The notes below the pieces were generated by a model. That model saw only the letters and a list, made by a program, of their open reading frames with translations. It was not told the origin of the DNA and did no database searches. A stretch of 55,002 nucleotides of DNA from a virus (Duplodnaviria; Caudoviricetes), in IMG/VR virus record IMGVR_UViG_3300037245_001061, positions 1-55,002 of that record; one strand, 5' to 3'. How positions within the stretch are numbered: the first letter of the stretch is position 1; each line of letters starts with the position of its first letter. Both the position numbers and the translations under genes were made by a program. Of the stretch, positions 52,676 through 55,002 are shown piece after piece.

Positions 52676-53375
52676 TATTCTCCTTAAACTTAGCCAGTAA
52701 CTCTGCCCTCGCCTCTTCCTTAACTGCATTACTCCTTCTACGCTCCTCATCAGCTATCTCTTCCGATAGCTCCCTCTGAATCTCCCGATTACGCAGGTCT
52801 ATCTTAAGTAATGCCATACCAATAGCCTGACATTCGTCCTTAGTAGCCCACACTAGGTCAGGGATGGATACATTATACTTATTGGTACTGTGTAAGTCAA
52901 TAAGCTCATCAATAGTATATCCTATACGGGAGAGGTACCCCTTCTCATTGGCACTCCTTAGGGAATGTAAAATCCCTCTTTCACCAGTCCTTCCCCTTAA
53001 ATCCTTAAGTCCACATAGGACTGTAAATGCATACCCGACACCATCGTCCACCACACCACAGTAGACATCCCTAGGCCCCACCTCGAACTCCACAAGCGCA
53101 TCCCCACTCTCAATCCTATCAATAATCTGTTGTGTAGGAGGGGAGAGCCTCAAGGGATCTGGTCTTGCACTTACATCAAAGGAATCCCCATCACCACTCA
53201 AAGTGAGGATAAGCCCTAAGTCCTCAGCTAGGAGGGGGGCTGTAGACATAAACCAGTTCTTGAACTCCCTCTCCTCATGCTGGAAGGTACTTATATCCAT
53301 ACCCTCGCTTACAAGGCACTTGAGGACAGCTGCAACAGCTAAGAGAGCCGCCCCAGTTAGTATCCAATCAATCAT
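52665..53375 (-). CDS. Hypothetical protein with N-terminal membrane anchor
   Basis: MIDWILTGAALLAVAAVL start at 53375. Confidence 0.6.
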   Translation of the reverse strand: MIDWILTGAALLAVAAVLKCLVSEGMDISTFQHEEREFKNWFMSTAPLLAEDLGLILTLSGDGDSFDVSARPDPLRLSPPTQQIIDRIESGDALVEFEVGPRDVYCGVVDDGVGYAFTVLCGLKDLRGRTGERGILHSLRSANEKGYLSRIGYTIDELIDLHSTNKYNVSIPDLVWATKDECQAIGMALLKIDLRNREIQRELSEEIADEERRRSNAVKEEARAELLAKFKENNDE

Positions 53376-53568
53376 TACCACTCTCCTTATGTATCCAATC
53401 CTTACACTCACTAGAGTAGGCCATACTAGCAACATTGGGGGTAGACACATCCACATCCATCCCGTTGATGATAGCCCGTAGCTGGTGCATATAGTCTACG
53501 TTAGGGTCTTCACCATGAGCCTCTAACCTCCCATGTATCCACTTAAGGAACCTCTTATCAGTCATCAT
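53368..53568 (-). CDS. Hypothetical protein
   Basis: D..FL.WI..RL..HGE.PNVDYM..LR motif. Confidence 0.65.
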   Translation of the reverse strand: MMTDKRFLKWIHGRLEAHGEDPNVDYMHQLRAIINGMDVDVSTPNVASMAYSSECKDWIHKESGND

Positions 53569-53675
53569 TACTCTCCCTAGTCTTAACCTTACGGTTCCTA
53601 ATACACCCCACTAAACCCTCCGCAAGGCAAGTGATGATAAGTGTGCCCACAAGAGCAAACATTAGTGCTGACAAA

Positions 53676-54071
53676 TTAATCATTACCACCCCCCAATATC
53701 ATATCAATCTCATTAGCCATATGGACACATAGCCCCCTCCTACGATCCCCTGAGGGGCCAGTCCATAGGGTGCCTTCCTCTCCATCCTTGTAGTACTCAT
53801 CATGGCCACCTACAGGGTAGGTGGAGTCCCCACTAAACCCCTCCCATGTGAGGAACAAGGGGGTTAGTTGGCTATAGCAGTACCCTCCGAGGCATAAGCT
53901 CTCCTCACCTTCAAGAGAGCAACAGATACCCCGTCTATACTCCCCCCCATGGGCAGCCAACTCCCGTAGGAAGGCAGATACTAGAGGGGATAGTACCGTG
54001 CGGGGGTCATAATACGCATTCCCACTCATTAGATTAATATCATCATCTGTATACTTGTTAGTCATCATCAT
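53676..54071 (-). CDS. Hypothetical protein (GIC..W..FSG...YPV..LW.G family), paralog 1
   Basis: Motifs shared with 54188-54544. Confidence 0.7.
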   Translation of the reverse strand: MMMTNKYTDDDINLMSGNAYYDPRTVLSPLVSAFLRELAAHGGEYRRGICCSLEGEESLCLGGYCYSQLTPLFLTWEGFSGDSTYPVGGHDEYYKDGEEGTLWTGPSGDRRRGLCVHMANEIDMILGGGND

Positions 54072-54187
54072 TCTCCTTCCTCATCTCCCTTATAGCATAC
54101 ATCCTAGGGGATACTAGACAATAGGCTACACCAACAATAACAACTAAGTCAAGTAAGGCAACCACCACATACAACAGCACAATATAA

Positions 54188-54544
54188 TCAATCATCATCA
54201 TTCTCCTTCCTCATCTCACTAGCAATATGCAAACATAGCCTCTTACGGGACTCCCCATAGGGGCCTTTCCAGAGGTTACCTATTCTATAGTATGCCCGCT
54301 CAGGGTCTTCCCTCTTGCGGGGGGATGGTACTGGGTACTCACGGATACCAGAGAACTCGTCCCAAGTGGTAAAGTATACATGGAGATGGCTAATGCCCAT
54401 CTGATAGCAAATACCAGCTGAGTACGCTGATCGAGGGCTATCGGGGAGCCTCTCCCCTCTGCCTAACTCCTCCAAGTGGGTGATAACATCCACCTCAACA
54501 AACTTAGTCCTATACCATGCCTTAATATACTTAATCATCATCAT
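54188..54544 (-). CDS. Hypothetical protein, paralog 2
   Basis: GIC, TW.EFSG..EYPV, LW.GP.G..R..LC.H.A.E. Confidence 0.7.
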   Translation of the reverse strand: MMMIKYIKAWYRTKFVEVDVITHLEELGRGERLPDSPRSAYSAGICYQMGISHLHVYFTTWDEFSGIREYPVPSPRKREDPERAYYRIGNLWKGPYGESRKRLCLHIASEMRKENDDD

Positions 54545-54878
54545 TCTCCTCATGGGTTATCTCTACTTTACCACAATACTTAGTGAAGTCAACATTATAA
54601 TAAAAGTATGTCACCCCAGTACAGAGTAAGACCGAATCAAAGGATATGCCCACTACATGAGCCAAACCCCACCATGAGACCTTACCCTCACCAAACAACA
54701 CATCAACTAGATCTCCCGTGAAGTAAGAGTAAAAGGGGAGTGCCATCGCTACCACCACTAGGGGGGCTAGTACATACAACATCAGTAATTGCCACACCAC
54801 CCCACAGACTGTCTCTGGTGTGCGGAGATCCCTTGGGGACACTATCTTATAGAACCAACCACCATACTTAATCTTCAT
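54531..54878 (-). CDS. Membrane protein
   Basis: GGAG RBS; two hydrophobic segments. Confidence 0.65.
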   Translation of the reverse strand: MKIKYGGWFYKIVSPRDLRTPETVCGVVWQLLMLYVLAPLVVVAMALPFYSYFTGDLVDVLFGEGKVSWWGLAHVVGISFDSVLLCTGVTYFYYNVDFTKYCGKVEITHEENDDD

Positions 54879-54914
54879 ACTAATACTCTCCTCTGTGATA
54901 ATCGATAGGGGGGT

Positions 54915-54943
54915 ATAATACTAGGGGGGAGGGGGGAAGTCAA
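54915..54943 (-). promoter_or_regulatory. Promoter TTGACT-N17-TATTAT heading the leftward early block
   Basis: Near-consensus boxes upstream of 54531-54878. Confidence 0.55.
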
Positions 54944-55002
54944 GGGGAATCCAGATAAAGATAGGATACTCTGGAGAATTCTTAAATTTCCCCGGAGGGG
55001 AG

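Noticed and set aside
54900-55002. Physical genome end or terminal repeat
   Set aside because: Compatible with an early promoter near an end, but cannot be shown from one window without the other end or read data.

Overview
55 kb of a tailed dsDNA phage genome. It is a contractile-tailed myovirus with rV5/ICP1/Felix-like gene order; a gammaproteobacterial host is inferred only. 1-26.6 kb (minus strand) is the late operon: baseplate, tape measure, tail chaperone with a -1 frameshift, two tube paralogs, sheath, neck, major capsid, protease, portal and TerL, then two tRNAs, an accessory LamG/repeat-fibre module and a TerS-like gene. 27-38.5 kb is the most unusual part. Two divergent arrays of small ORFs are separated by integron attC-like hairpins (14 complete sites on the right, about 3 on the left). 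They flank a tRNA-Arg, a promoter cluster and a compact PolA/T7-RNAP-like polymerase gene. The sites are inverted relative to canonical cassettes, so the coding strand is the recombinogenic 'bottom' strand. The GTT box ahead of a gene is usually complementary to the end of that same gene, and several genes start translation inside the attC. No integrase is visible in the window. 38.5-47.3 kb (plus) holds nrdB/nrdA, a promoter-driven cluster of three structured non-coding RNAs (one tRNA-like), an M15 peptidase and small ORFs. 47.3-55 kb (minus) holds early-type small ORFs with sigma70-like promoters and a metallophosphoesterase. All protein calls come from motif recognition and synteny; no database search was run.
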